A stretch of DNA of 64,000 bases from Gammaproteobacteria bacterium. Its GTDB lineage: Bacteria > Pseudomonadota > Gammaproteobacteria > SZUA-152. Where the stretch lies: NCBI GenBank assembly GCA_021647705.1, contig JAKIUF010000014.1, positions 1,577-65,576 on the forward strand, in the 5' to 3' direction. The notes beneath the pieces are model-generated. The model did not search any database. It had not been told where the DNA came from and saw only the letters and a list, made by a program, of their open reading frames with translations. Every line of letters begins with the position of its first letter. Position 1 is the stretch's first letter. A program made the translations under genes and the position numbers. Below, one piece after another: positions 38,022 to 48,133 of this stretch.

Positions 38022-41000
38022 TCAATTTCCCACAGTGCCTTTGCTAAAGGAAATTTCAATTTTTCGAAATAAAACATAAAATACAGGCGTAAATATCAGA
38101 CCGAAGAAAGTCACGCCTAACATGCCGGAAAATACGGCAATACCAATAGCCTGGCGCATTTCTGCCCCTGCCCCCTGACTCATCACCAGCGGGAAAACAC
38201 CCATAATAAATGCGAAAGAAGTCATCAAAATAGGTCGTAAACGTAAGCGTGACGCTTCAACGACAGCTCGTATTGTGTCATGCCCACGCCTTTCCAGATC
38301 ACGTGCAAATTCTACGATAAGTATTGCATTTTTTGATGCCAGACCGGCAAGTAAAAACAAACTTATTTGCGTAAATATATTATTTTCTCCGCCCATGATA
38401 TACACCCCGGCAATAGCGGATAAAATACTCATTGGCACAATTAAAATTACCGCCAATGGCAAGGTAATACTCTCGTATTGTGCAGCAAGTACAAGAAAAA
38501 CCAAAAACAAACAAAGCGGAAAAATATATATTGCAGTATTGCCAGCAAGAATTTGCTGGTACGTCAACTCTGTCCACTCGAAGTCCATACCCGGCGGCAG
38601 AGTTTCATCAAGTATTTTACTAATAGCCTGTTGCGCCTGACCGGATGAGAACCCGGGTGCGGCACTGCCATTTAAGTCTGCGGAACGATAGGCGTTATAA
38701 CGCATTGCCGTCTCAGGACCAAATGTTTCCTCAACGTTAATGACCGAGCCCAGCGGCACCATTTGACCGTCATTATTTCGTGTTTGCAGGCGCAATATAT
38801 CCTCAGGTCTGGAGCGAAACTCTTTATCCGCTTGTGCAATAACCTGATAGGTCCGCCCAAATTGATTAAAATCGTTAATATACAAAGAACCCAGGTAAAT
38901 CTGCAGGGTACGGAATACTTCTTCTACAGGGATGCCTAACTGAACCGCTTTGGTACGATCCAGATTTGCATGAAGCTGTGGTACGTTAACGTTATAATTG
39001 GAAAAAACTCTACTCAATGCCGGATCAGCACGCGCTTGTTTCAACACCTCCTTTAGTACATTATCCAGAGCCTGATAACCCTGATCAGAACGATCCTCTA
39101 TTTGTAATTTAAAACCACCTTTAATACCAAGACCGCGTACAGGTGGGGGTGGAAATATAGCGATAAATGCTTCGTTAATACCCGCATATTTATTTTGCAA
39201 TCGTGCAGCAATTGCGCCAGCACTCAAATTCGGGTCTTTTCGTTTATCAAAATCTTCCAGCGTGACAAAAACGATACCTGCGCTGGCAGAATTCACAAAT
39301 CCATTAATGGATAAACCCGGAAATTGAACGGCACTCACCACACCATCCTCTGCCAATGCCGCATCAGCAATTTTGCGTGTTACTGCTTCAGTACGTTCTA
39401 ATGTCGCACCCGATGGAAGTTGTGCAAAGCTAACCAGATATTGTTTATCCTGCGCAGGAATAAACCCTGCTGGAATCAACTTGAAACTAAGAGCCGTAAG
39501 AACAACTAATACAGAAAAAATCCCCATCATGATTAATTTTCGAGAGGCAAATACGCCTACATTTCTCGCATACTGACTGCGACTTTTATCGAATATTTTG
39601 TTGAACCAACGAAAGAATCCACCCAATAACAAATCCATGATCTTTGATAATCTGTCTTTAGGGGCATCGGATGATTGTAACAATAGTGCAGATAGAGCCG
39701 GAGTAAGCGTTAAGGAGTTCAAGGTGGAAATAAACGTAGCAATCACAATTGTCAAAGCAAACTGTTGGTAAAACATTCCCGTTAGACCACTGATAAAAGC
39801 AATCGGAATAAATACGCCAGCAATGACTAATGAGGTTGCAACAATAGGGCCGGTCACTTCTTTCATCGCTTGCATTGTTGCATCACGCGGGTTTTTTCCT
39901 CTGCGGATATTACGCTCTACATTTTCGACGACAACAATCGCATCATCCACAACGATACCAACCGCCAGTATCAAACCGAACAATGACAATACATTAATCG
40001 AAGAACCGAGCATGTACATAAAAGCAAATGTCCCGACAATGGACACGGGAACAGCCAGCAAAGGAATAATAGAAGCCCGCCAGGTTTGTAGGAAAATAAC
40101 AACAACCAAAACAACCAATGCAATAGCTTCCAGTAACGTGATAACAACGGCATTAATCGAGCTACGTACAAAAATAGTTGGATCGTAAACAATGCTGTAA
40201 TCCAGATCATCGGGAAAATTTTTCTTCAATCTCTTCATGGTTTCCCGTACACCATCAGAGATATCCAATGCATTGGACCCTGGTGCTGAAAAAATAGGGA
40301 TCGCAACAGCCTGCTTGTTATCCAACAAAGAGCGCAATCCGTAACTTTGTGCATCCAATTCAACACGGGCCACATCTATCAGGCGAGTAATAACTCCATT
40401 ATTTCCCCGTTTAACCAGGATATTTTCAAACTCCTCCACGCTTTGCAGTCGCCCTTGCACATTAATGGGCATTTGTATTTCAACGTTATCCTGATAAGGC
40501 GGGCCACCAATCACACCTGCGGAAACCTGAACATTTTGTCTGCGAATAGCATCAATAACATCATTAGCTCGCATATTGCGTTCTGCAATTTTGTCAGGAT
40601 TAAGCCAGATACGCATTGCGTACTCACCCGAACCAAATAACCTGACTTGTCCAACACCCGGAATTTGTGCCAATTGATCACGCACATTCAAAGTTGCATA
40701 ATTACGCAGATACAACATGTCATAGCGTTCATTGGGCGAGTGCAAATGCACAACCATGGTTAAATCCGGCGAACTCTTGGTAACAGTAACGCCAAGCTGC
40801 CGGGTAATATCAGGTAGTCTTGGCAATGCTTGCGAAACACGATTTTGTACTAACTGCTGAGATAAATCAGGGTCAGAGCCAATAGCAAAGGTAACGGTCA
40901 GTGTCAGTTGGCCATCTGATGAGGCCAGAGAATTCATATAGAGCATATTCTCCACACCATTTATTTGTTCCTCCAATGGCATGGCAACGGTTTCTGAAAT

Positions 41001-41174
41001 AACAGCAGGATTTGCACCTGGAAATGACGCATTAATAATCACTGAAGGCGGTGCAACTTCTGGGTATTCGGCAATGGGCAACTGAAACATGGCAACAAAA
41101 CCAGCTACAAAAATCAATAACGATATTACGCTAGCAAAAATTGGCTTATCGATAAAATGTGTTGATAAATTCAT
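38022..41174 (-). CDS. multidrug efflux RND permease (HAE1, AcrB/MexB family)
   Basis: 1050 aa. N-terminus HFIDKPIFASVISLLIFVAGFVAM; 12-TM layout with two large periplasmic loops; conserved VVDDAIVVVENVERN. Confidence 0.93.
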   Translation of the reverse strand: MNLSTHFIDKPIFASVISLLIFVAGFVAMFQLPIAEYPEVAPPSVIINASFPGANPAVISETVAMPLEEQINGVENMLYMNSLASSDGQLTLTVTFAIGSDPDLSQQLVQNRVSQALPRLPDITRQLGVTVTKSSPDLTMVVHLHSPNERYDMLYLRNYATLNVRDQLAQIPGVGQVRLFGSGEYAMRIWLNPDKIAERNMRANDVIDAIRRQNVQVSAGVIGGPPYQDNVEIQMPINVQGRLQSVEEFENILVKRGNNGVITRLIDVARVELDAQSYGLRSLLDNKQAVAIPIFSAPGSNALDISDGVRETMKRLKKNFPDDLDYSIVYDPTIFVRSSINAVVITLLEAIALVVLVVVIFLQTWRASIIPLLAVPVSIVGTFAFMYMLGSSINVLSLFGLILAVGIVVDDAIVVVENVERNIRRGKNPRDATMQAMKEVTGPIVATSLVIAGVFIPIAFISGLTGMFYQQFALTIVIATFISTLNSLTLTPALSALLLQSSDAPKDRLSKIMDLLLGGFFRWFNKIFDKSRSQYARNVGVFASRKLIMMGIFSVLVVLTALSFKLIPAGFIPAQDKQYLVSFAQLPSGATLERTEAVTRKIADAALAEDGVVSAVQFPGLSINGFVNSASAGIVFVTLEDFDKRKDPNLSAGAIAARLQNKYAGINEAFIAIFPPPPVRGLGIKGGFKLQIEDRSDQGYQALDNVLKEVLKQARADPALSRVFSNYNVNVPQLHANLDRTKAVQLGIPVEEVFRTLQIYLGSLYINDFNQFGRTYQVIAQADKEFRSRPEDILRLQTRNNDGQMVPLGSVINVEETFGPETAMRYNAYRSADLNGSAAPGFSSGQAQQAISKILDETLPPGMDFEWTELTYQQILAGNTAIYIFPLCLFLVFLVLAAQYESITLPLAVILIVPMSILSAIAGVYIMGGENNIFTQISLFLLAGLASKNAILIVEFARDLERRGHDTIRAVVEASRLRLRPILMTSFAFIMGVFPLVMSQGAGAEMRQAIGIAVFSGMLGVTFFGLIFTPVFYVLFRKIEISFSKGTVGN

Positions 41175-41290
41175 CGCGTCTTACTCTGGGTGAGAGGTTT
41201 CGGGCGAACAACCCTGGGGAAATATGTACAAATATAGAATGATGGTGGACAACATTTTCCAGGTAACATTCCGTACAAATTTTAAGTAGC

Positions 41291-42487
41291 TCAGGAACTA
41301 AAAACCGGATTATTTTTCTCCGAGATATCTTGTACTATCCTTGGATTAACCAGCATGCCGGGGCGAATTCTCATTAGTCCACGGATAATAACTTTCTCCC
41401 CGGGCTTAAGGCCAAAATTTACAACCCGATGTCCATCGACACTATCACTAAGCTTTATTTCACGATAAACGGTTTTATTTTCACCATTGACAACATAAAC
41501 AAATTTACGATTTTGATCTGTGCCAATTGCACGTTCACTTAATAAGATTCTATTTTTTTTGATAGGACTGCCAAGCTTCATGCGCGCGTACATACCCGGT
41601 AACAACTTTCCTTGAGGATTATCAAAAATGGCACGGGCTCGAATTGTTCCAGAGGCAGGATCTATGCGATTATCAAATGCGTGAATTTCTCCCTTGTACG
41701 CTATGTCATCTCTCTGCAAACGAAATTCGACAGGGGCTTTTTGTGATATTGCGCTATTAAACGAGCTATCCTGTATGTGCCTTAAGTAAGTTTGTTCATC
41801 AATTTCAAAATCAGCATAAATGCTATCGCTAGATACAATCGATGTTAACAGTGGCGCATTGGGGCTCGCAGAAACCAGATTTCCTATAGTGATTTCTGTT
41901 CGACTGACACGACCGGAAATAGGTGCTTTTACATAAGCATAACCCAGGTCGATTTTTGCTTGATCCAACTGTGCTTTGGCGCTATCTACCGTTGATTTAG
42001 CAACCTGACTGGCATTGGTGCGTTCATCGTAGATACGCTGAGAAATCATTTTTGTTATGATTAAATCTTTGGCTCTCTTATATTCTTTCCTGGCCAGATT
42101 TTTCTGGTTAAGTGCAGTAACAAGGTTTGCTTTCGCCTTCATGACAGCAGCTTTATACGGCCGAGGATCAATAACATATAAAATATCGCCTTTATTGACG
42201 ATTTGCCCACCCTTAAATCTCACATCCGTAATAAGGCCGGATGCCTGTGGCTTTATTTCAACAAAGTCTACTGCGGTCAGGCGTCCTGAAAAGCTTCTCC
42301 ATATACGCCCTGACTGCTCTTTTATAACCACCACCTCAACAGGTATTGCATGTTTCTTGTTATCTTTTGCATGTGTTGGTGCCCAAAAAAATACTACAGC
42401 AATAGCCAGAGTCACGGTGAATAAAATTGTCAGGGGCAACATGTTAACCGTCTTCATTTTTAACAACGTCATTATTTTATTCTCCAT
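41291..42487 (-). CDS. efflux RND periplasmic adaptor (membrane fusion protein, AcrA family)
   Basis: 398 aa. N-terminal anchor helix, lipoyl-like and coiled-coil hairpin segments (LDQAKIDLGYAYVKAPISGRV). Lies directly upstream of the RND permease. Confidence 0.9.
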   Translation of the reverse strand: MENKIMTLLKMKTVNMLPLTILFTVTLAIAVVFFWAPTHAKDNKKHAIPVEVVVIKEQSGRIWRSFSGRLTAVDFVEIKPQASGLITDVRFKGGQIVNKGDILYVIDPRPYKAAVMKAKANLVTALNQKNLARKEYKRAKDLIITKMISQRIYDERTNASQVAKSTVDSAKAQLDQAKIDLGYAYVKAPISGRVSRTEITIGNLVSASPNAPLLTSIVSSDSIYADFEIDEQTYLRHIQDSSFNSAISQKAPVEFRLQRDDIAYKGEIHAFDNRIDPASGTIRARAIFDNPQGKLLPGMYARMKLGSPIKKNRILLSERAIGTDQNRKFVYVVNGENKTVYREIKLSDSVDGHRVVNFGLKPGEKVIIRGLMRIRPGMLVNPRIVQDISEKNNPVFSS

Positions 42488-42800
42488 AATTCATCTTGCT
42501 TTCCTTCAATCCATCGATTATTCAGTTCTTTTATGCTCATAACATAAAAGACCCTTACTTTAGAAAGCACTGATAACAAACGTTGTATCTATGCCTGACA
42601 CTCACTAGCGATACTCAGTAATTACCAGCAAGCATTACCGTATTACTATAATTCTAGTGTTAAGTGAAAATATAGTATCTTCAATTATTATACTATATAT
42701 TCGTACAGCATACCGGTGGACACATGAATGCGCAAAGTGAATTCAGAAGAATAACAGCCTACTGCTGACACCAACCTGTTCCTTACCCACAACTAAACTA

Positions 42801-42959
42801 TACCCGTAGCGTTTGGGATTTAGGTTTATAAGTGTGCGTCATATTTTCCTCATGGCAAGGCGGAATGACACGGAATAGTCGTTCTATTGCAAGGACAACA
42901 ACGCAGCCATGGGGTAAATAGGGCGTGCAATTAGACCTAAATCTCAATCGCTACGGGTA
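42801..42959 (+). mobile_element. MITE family B, intact 159-bp copy flanked by TA/TA
   Basis: Same termini as 27344-27501. TA lies at 42799-42800 and 42960-42961. Sits in the intergenic region upstream of the RND adaptor gene. Confidence 0.75.
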
Positions 42960-43107
42960 TATCACACTAAGTCCGCATGAAATTCCATTCAAATTATAAA
43001 AATCTCGGCCGCAAGCGACCGAGTTTTAAGAACCCAACGGCTTTATCGCTTCGCGATGAAAAAATTAGAGGCTCTGTACGTTTATGTACATCACAGAGAT
43101 ATCCCAA

Positions 43108-43171
43108 GAGCTGGATAGTATCGACTGGGGCAAGCCCCAGTCACACTATCCAGCTCGGGGGCGAGCCCCCG
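43108..43171. repeat. tandem hairpins (23-nt arm palindrome plus a GC-clamp hairpin)
   Basis: GAGCTGGATAGTATCGACTGGGG-CAA-GCCCCAGTCACACTATCCAGCTC followed by CGGGGGCGAGCCCCCG. Confidence 0.5.
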
Positions 43172-44091
43172 AGATTTACGCTGCGCGGTTAAATAAAACA
43201 ATATGCCGCATGCCTGCCCGGGTCATTACAACACTAAAAACCACTACAGCCGATCGGCTTTTCCACTGGATTAAATACGGTATGCATGTAACACACACAA
43301 TAAAAATACAAAAAATAGCGACGATAAGCACACAAATCACTTGCGATAACCTACGCTAACTGGCATACGCAACCTGGGAAAGCTCTACAATAATTCCTTA
43401 AAATGGAGCGAAAAAGTCTGTTTTTAAATGAGTATGTTACTTTTGGCGGCGGACTGTTAAATGGGATCGAGGCAATTTTCCAGTTTAGCGATTACAGTAA
43501 ATTTGCGTATTTTTTATTCTGCTTGAGGTAAAACCATAGGAAGCCACTGTTCTATTTACATATTCTTTGATTGAAGAATGAACACTAAAATGGATATAAC
43601 ATATTTTTACATTCCTATTCTACTGATTGAAACTTTGCACATTTTATACCCAATCGGACTTGACCGGACTTCGCTATTATGCGGTCAAAAATATCTTTTG
43701 CACATGCCTACACTTACCGGCCTGCTTTATAATAAAAAATAATGCTCTTACTGTAACTATACTGTCATCTATAGCCTCGTCATAACCTTATATAGAGACC
43801 AATAAGCCATAACACAGGCGTACGCCTCTTGCAAAATATACGTGCTTTAATGTAGTATCCCCCAACAACAAGGATGACATATCAAACACGATATTATTCA
43901 AATATTAAAAGAATTTTCTGGCGCACTCATCCACATAAATGGTGATTCGCCAACGACTGAAATTTTTTTATGAACATAAGAATTATGTGTTTATGTAGCG
44001 TAACGTGGATAACCAGAGGGCCGGGAAAAACATACCCCTATGGTAGATAAATACACGAATATACGGATACCAGTCAACAAATAAACTGATA

Positions 44092-44205
44092 GATATCAGC
44101 CTCTGGATGAGCACATAGATATCAGTTAATGGAAATAGCAAGGATGCTAGTTAATGGAAGTCACACGGATGTCAGTTAATGGAGATCAACAGCATATGGA
44201 TATCA
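44092..44205 (+). repeat. phased array of 25-26-nt direct repeats with core GATnnnAGTTAATGGA
   Basis: Three full units at 44118, 44143 and 44168 (GATATCAGTTAATGGAAATAGCAAG / GATGCTAGTTAATGGAAGTCACACG / GATGTCAGTTAATGGAGATCAACAG). Partial GATATCA units lie at 44092 and 44199. Sits just upstream of the biosynthetic island. Confidence 0.6.
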
Positions 44206-44528
44206 ATATTGCATGTTGTATTACATACCCATCAAATACGAATATCGCCTATTTTCTCACCAAGATTCGCGATTACCTCAGTGAAAATATCAAGTTTGGG
44301 TTTGTGCGTTTCTTCGATTACGCCAGACAGAACAACACTCTCAAATTAAAACGTAATCATTGCAGCTCTCAAACTGATCTGCCCCTCCATCCCTCAACAT
44401 CCATGAGATTTGACACCGGAAATAGTAATTTTCCGGGTACTCATCTCAACAATCTCCTTCGGGCTATTCCGAAGCCGTTTGATTGGGCATTTGAAAGTCA
44501 CAATAACGACTTGCTTCGGAAGCTTTAA
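44196..44528 (+). CDS. hypothetical protein (start uncertain)
   Basis: The tracked ORF starts at 44154, inside the direct-repeat array where each unit supplies an ATGGA. I prefer the ATG at 44196 (MDINIACC...). No recognisable motif. Ends 33 nt before the ligase gene. Confidence 0.3.
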   Translation: MDINIACCITYPSNTNIAYFLTKIRDYLSENIKFGFVRFFDYARQNNTLKLKRNHCSSQTDLPLHPSTSMRFDTGNSNFPGTHLNNLLRAIPKPFDWAFESHNNDLLRKL

Positions 44529-44561
44529 GTGCTTTAACAACGACGAAAAGGAATTTATGTT

Positions 44562-45845
44562 ATGTACCCAATATCAAGACTGAATACTGTATTAAAACAA
44601 GCTTGGCAGCGAAAATATTACCAGCAACATTGGCTCATGAGCCTGAATGAAGCTTTGGCCTTACTGGCTAGCCAGCAGTACCATACCATCCCCATTATCC
44701 GCAAAAACGACATCTCGAAAAATTGGGACACCTTGATAGAGTACGGTGATTTCACTGATGCCGTCAGCTCATCAGGCACCACCGGACGCCCTGTCGATCT
44801 CCCCGTCCATCGGCTTCAGGAACAAATATGGGTTGACTGTGTGAGCAGAGTATTTGGCGAACTGGGTGCCGTACCTGGCGACAGACTTTTACAATTACTC
44901 AGTAATAACGATATGTTTACGCTTGGGCCTCTGGTATGGCAGGCCGCAAAGAAAACAGGGGTTGGTACATTTCGATGCTCACCACAGAGGACAAAACGAA
45001 TATTAGAGGTCATTAAATACCATCAACCAAAGTTCGTCGCTGGAAACCCGAATATCATGTTGAATATCGCCGAAGAATTAGGCGATGATTTCCCACCCCC
45101 TGAATCATTACCAGACTACGCCTATTTTGGTGCGGGTGTCGCTTTTGACGGAAACAATGAAGCAACACCGGTCGCCAAAAAAGTGATGCAGTTATGGGGA
45201 CTAAAAGATGCATTAAACGAATATGGGTGCAGTGAACTCGGCTCAGTTGGACATGAATGTCGCCAGCATAACGGGTTCCATATCAATGATGATGCCGTTT
45301 TTGTTGAACTGATCGACCCGGCTACCGGCTTACCCGTTAAAGAAGGAGAGCCTGGTGAAATAGTCGTTACCTCACTCACAGTGCCTCGTGGCTTCATTGC
45401 CATACGCTACGGTACAGGTGATATATCAGCATGGATTGATTATGAACCCTGCGAATGCGGCCGACGAACACCCCGTATCGGCGGAATCATCGGAAGAGTT
45501 GACCATCAATTAAAAGTGCTCGGACAAACGGTTTTCCCGGACCTGATCTTCAATGTTGTAGACACGATGGATAATATTAACGCCTCTCTGATTGTCAAAT
45601 ACTCGGACAACAATGATGCAGAACAAATCGAATTGTGGGTATCCCCAACGGAAGACCCGGAAAAAACCATTGAGTCGATCCAAAAATCACTTGAACAACG
45701 CTTAGCAGTATATCCAAAAATCCGTCAAATCGAAGCAGCCACCATTAAAAAACTGCAAAAGGACAAAATGGCTGAAAGTAATGGCGTCAAGCTTCCACGC
45801 TTGATTGAAATAAGCAATATCGACATCTACATTGGCTTGGGTTAA
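44562..45845 (+). CDS. PaaK-like adenylate-forming ligase (phenylacetate-CoA ligase / coenzyme F390 synthetase family)
   Basis: 427 aa, with AAAGGA upstream. AMP-binding P-loop SSSGTTGRP, YGCSELG, IRYGTGDIS, and CECGRRTPRIGGIIGRVDHQLKVLGQTVFP, which matches the PaaK C-terminal pattern. Confidence 0.8.
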   Translation: MYPISRLNTVLKQAWQRKYYQQHWLMSLNEALALLASQQYHTIPIIRKNDISKNWDTLIEYGDFTDAVSSSGTTGRPVDLPVHRLQEQIWVDCVSRVFGELGAVPGDRLLQLLSNNDMFTLGPLVWQAAKKTGVGTFRCSPQRTKRILEVIKYHQPKFVAGNPNIMLNIAEELGDDFPPPESLPDYAYFGAGVAFDGNNEATPVAKKVMQLWGLKDALNEYGCSELGSVGHECRQHNGFHINDDAVFVELIDPATGLPVKEGEPGEIVVTSLTVPRGFIAIRYGTGDISAWIDYEPCECGRRTPRIGGIIGRVDHQLKVLGQTVFPDLIFNVVDTMDNINASLIVKYSDNNDAEQIELWVSPTEDPEKTIESIQKSLEQRLAVYPKIRQIEAATIKKLQKDKMAESNGVKLPRLIEISNIDIYIGLG

Positions 45846-45848
45846 ATC

Positions 45849-46670
45849 ATGACACCATTAATTTCAGCCCAGTCATTGATGTCAGAGCTCTATTTAAAAA
45901 TTGAGTACAATAATCCCTCGCTGTCTATAAAACATCGAAGCATACCAAACCAGATATTTTCTTTGTTTCGCGATAAAATCATCACCTCAAAAACCCACCT
46001 CGCCATTCTTACCGCAGGTAGTGCGGGAGCAAGTGTCGCATGGGCAGCCCGACAAATCGGTTGTAACTCAACCGTGGTTGTCCCTAACGGAACATCAGAA
46101 AATCTACTGAGATATATAAAATGGCTCGGAGCAGAAGTCATTGCTACCGAGCCAAGTCAGGTAGTAACCGTAATAAAAGAGTTTCAAAATGATCACACCT
46201 GCAAAGTAGTCGAGCAATTAAGTGACCCGGCATTTATACCGCACTATTACGAAATAGGAGACGAACTCCTAAAACAACACTCCAATATTTCAGCGGTCGT
46301 TGTTCCCGCCGGAACGGCGGCCTCTGTTATGGGGATATCCAGCTCACTCCGCAAAACCGGAATAAAAGTCTATGCAGTAGAACCTGCGGAAGCCCCTGTT
46401 TTGCAAGGGGGCGCATGGGGGCCACACAATATTCCCGGTCTTGCTCCTCCAGTTAAAACAAAATTATTTGACCCCAAGGGTGTTGACGGCATCATTTCCA
46501 TCCCATCACAAAAATCATGGGATACGGCAGCTTCAGCGCTGGAAATAATTGGAGAGCCTGTCGGCCCATCTTCTGGTGCTGCGATTGCGGCCGCACAACA
46601 ACTACAAAAAGAAGGGCTTTCAGGGAACATCGTTGCCATCTGTCCCTCACAAATAGTCACATCTCTATAA
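45849..46670 (+). CDS. PLP-dependent enzyme, cysteine synthase (CysK/CysM/SbnA)-like, divergent and short
   Basis: 273 aa. NPSLSIKHR aligns with the NPxGSxKDR PLP-lysine motif. GPHNIPGLAPP and PSSGAAIAAA align with CysK GPHKIQGIGAGF and SSGAAVAAA. The Asn-loop (TAGSAG) and Gly-loop (PAGTAAS) deviate from consensus. Lies 3 nt after the ligase gene. Confidence 0.75.
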   Translation: MTPLISAQSLMSELYLKIEYNNPSLSIKHRSIPNQIFSLFRDKIITSKTHLAILTAGSAGASVAWAARQIGCNSTVVVPNGTSENLLRYIKWLGAEVIATEPSQVVTVIKEFQNDHTCKVVEQLSDPAFIPHYYEIGDELLKQHSNISAVVVPAGTAASVMGISSSLRKTGIKVYAVEPAEAPVLQGGAWGPHNIPGLAPPVKTKLFDPKGVDGIISIPSQKSWDTAASALEIIGEPVGPSSGAAIAAAQQLQKEGLSGNIVAICPSQIVTSL

Positions 46671-46951
46671 CGAGCATATCGCAAACATCCATTTAATAAG
46701 TGTATCAATATAAATAACATGAATATCCGACTATCCACTCACCCCGCTCAGCATCATTGTTCGAATTTGGAATTTTGGCATATTCCTGTGTCCGAACATT
46801 TTTTTGGGCGGGCGACGCCCTACCTGCATGTCCAGATTATTTTGACACTCCTCTTCAACAAAACATTACGGTTTTTAAATACCAGGATGGTGAAAATGGA
46901 ATCTGTGAAAGTTCGAAGGGATATCAACTCGAACGTTAGAGAGGATAAAAA

Positions 46952-47485
46952 ATGCTTACCCAATGTATAGACCTCAGTTTTGCCAAATACATTACTCAAT
47001 CGCAACTTCCTGAAGTATATAGCACCATTCTTGATCACGATGACTATATGACGCTAAGGATTTCAAGATTAAAAAAATGCACGCTTTCCATCACCAAAAT
47101 GTTTCAGGAGGTTTCCTCTAATAACATTCTCAACCGATGTGTTGTGCTGCATGATGACAAAGGAACGGCATACATTTCTGCATTCATTGAAATTTATCTG
47201 GAAAATTTACCGTTGGATGTAAGAGAAACACTGATTCATTCCAATGAACCATTGGGAAAAGTCTTATTTGATAAAAAAATACACCCAAAGTTTTCCAATC
47301 GAAAGTATCTTTTGACCAACCGGGAGTGCATTTTGATTCCTTATCTACGAGACCATATAAAGATGAATCACTTGTATGGCAGGTTTCACTCTCTTCTGAC
47401 CGCCTCCGGAAAAAAAATAGCGAATGTATATGAATTTGTCACTTACATGGAAATGGACTCGATAAACCAAGTATGTGAAGCCTGA
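46952..47485 (+). CDS. chorismate lyase-like (UbiC/DUF98 fold) protein, tentative
   Basis: 177 aa, with GAGAGG upstream. The pattern RCVVLHDDKGTAYISAFIEIYLENLP...NEPLGKVLF...LYGRFHSLL...ANVYEFV parallels the UbiC layout (R-x-V-x-L ... PLG..L ... R ... E.F) from memory. Confidence 0.35.
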   Translation: MLTQCIDLSFAKYITQSQLPEVYSTILDHDDYMTLRISRLKKCTLSITKMFQEVSSNNILNRCVVLHDDKGTAYISAFIEIYLENLPLDVRETLIHSNEPLGKVLFDKKIHPKFSNRKYLLTNRECILIPYLRDHIKMNHLYGRFHSLLTASGKKIANVYEFVTYMEMDSINQVCEA

Positions 47486-48133
47486 TATTACCTAATATAC
47501 ACTCAATAAAAAATGGCCTCACAAAATGCTTACGGAACATCAACATCACACCAACAAAGGCTCCATATGATATAACCCATAACAACCTATAAAAAGCAAA
47601 CCCTGGAAATAGAAAAAAATATTGATTAATACAGGTACTCTGAACACCCTCATGACATCTATTGACTAATCACCTCCATCCAAAATGCGGATGGGGGGAC
47701 AACAAATTTTTATAGGAAAATAAAATAATATCGTTGTTTTTCCTACCAAAAAAATAAAACGTCCATCCTACCCCCATTCCTCACCTACAGAAAACCCCAC
47801 CTAAACTCCTAACAGGTCACGTCACCGTGAATAAAATAGGAACGTCACAAATATCTCAATGCTTTTCTCTACGAACACATAGATAAATATCCCCCCCGGC
47901 CTGACAGGAACATGGCTCAATAAACCCTGAAATAAATACAGCACCATTAGTGATCTCATCCCAATGATTGATTTATTCGGAAAAACTTTGGGGAAGCCCT
48001 CAATGGAGCTGGGAGATTGCCTCATTGATTCAACACCTGATACACCACAAAATATTTTACGGAACAACAGAAAGACCACAAAAGGCACCGACAGTTACGA
48101 CCATGATCATTATCACCCAAAAAAGGAAATACA

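Noticed and set aside
38022-42487. The AcrAB-type pair as part of a novel system (no outer-membrane factor or TetR regulator adjacent)
   Set aside because: RND pairs that borrow a distal TolC-like channel are common, and nothing in the sequences departs from ordinary HAE1 pumps.
42057-42542. 161-aa plus-strand ORF
   Set aside because: It is antisense to the RND adaptor gene.
43403-43742. Two small ORFs below the track cutoff, upstream of the biosynthetic island: 42 aa MERKSLFLNEYVTFGGGLLNG... (43403-43531) and 54 aa MNTKMDITYFYIPILL... (43578-43742). I considered them as possible precursor peptides.
   Set aside because: Neither has a Shine-Dalgarno sequence, no RiPP-type maturase is nearby, and the A+T-rich context generates such ORFs by chance. 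They are worth a ribosome-profiling look but are not supportable from sequence.
44092-44205. 25-nt direct repeats as a mini-CRISPR
   Set aside because: The constant core is 16 nt and the variable part only 9 nt, the units number three to five, and there is no leader or cas context.
46719-47038. Three 60-83-aa ORFs in the spacer before the chorismate-lyase-like gene
   Set aside because: They overlap one another and the start of the next gene, with no RBS or motif.
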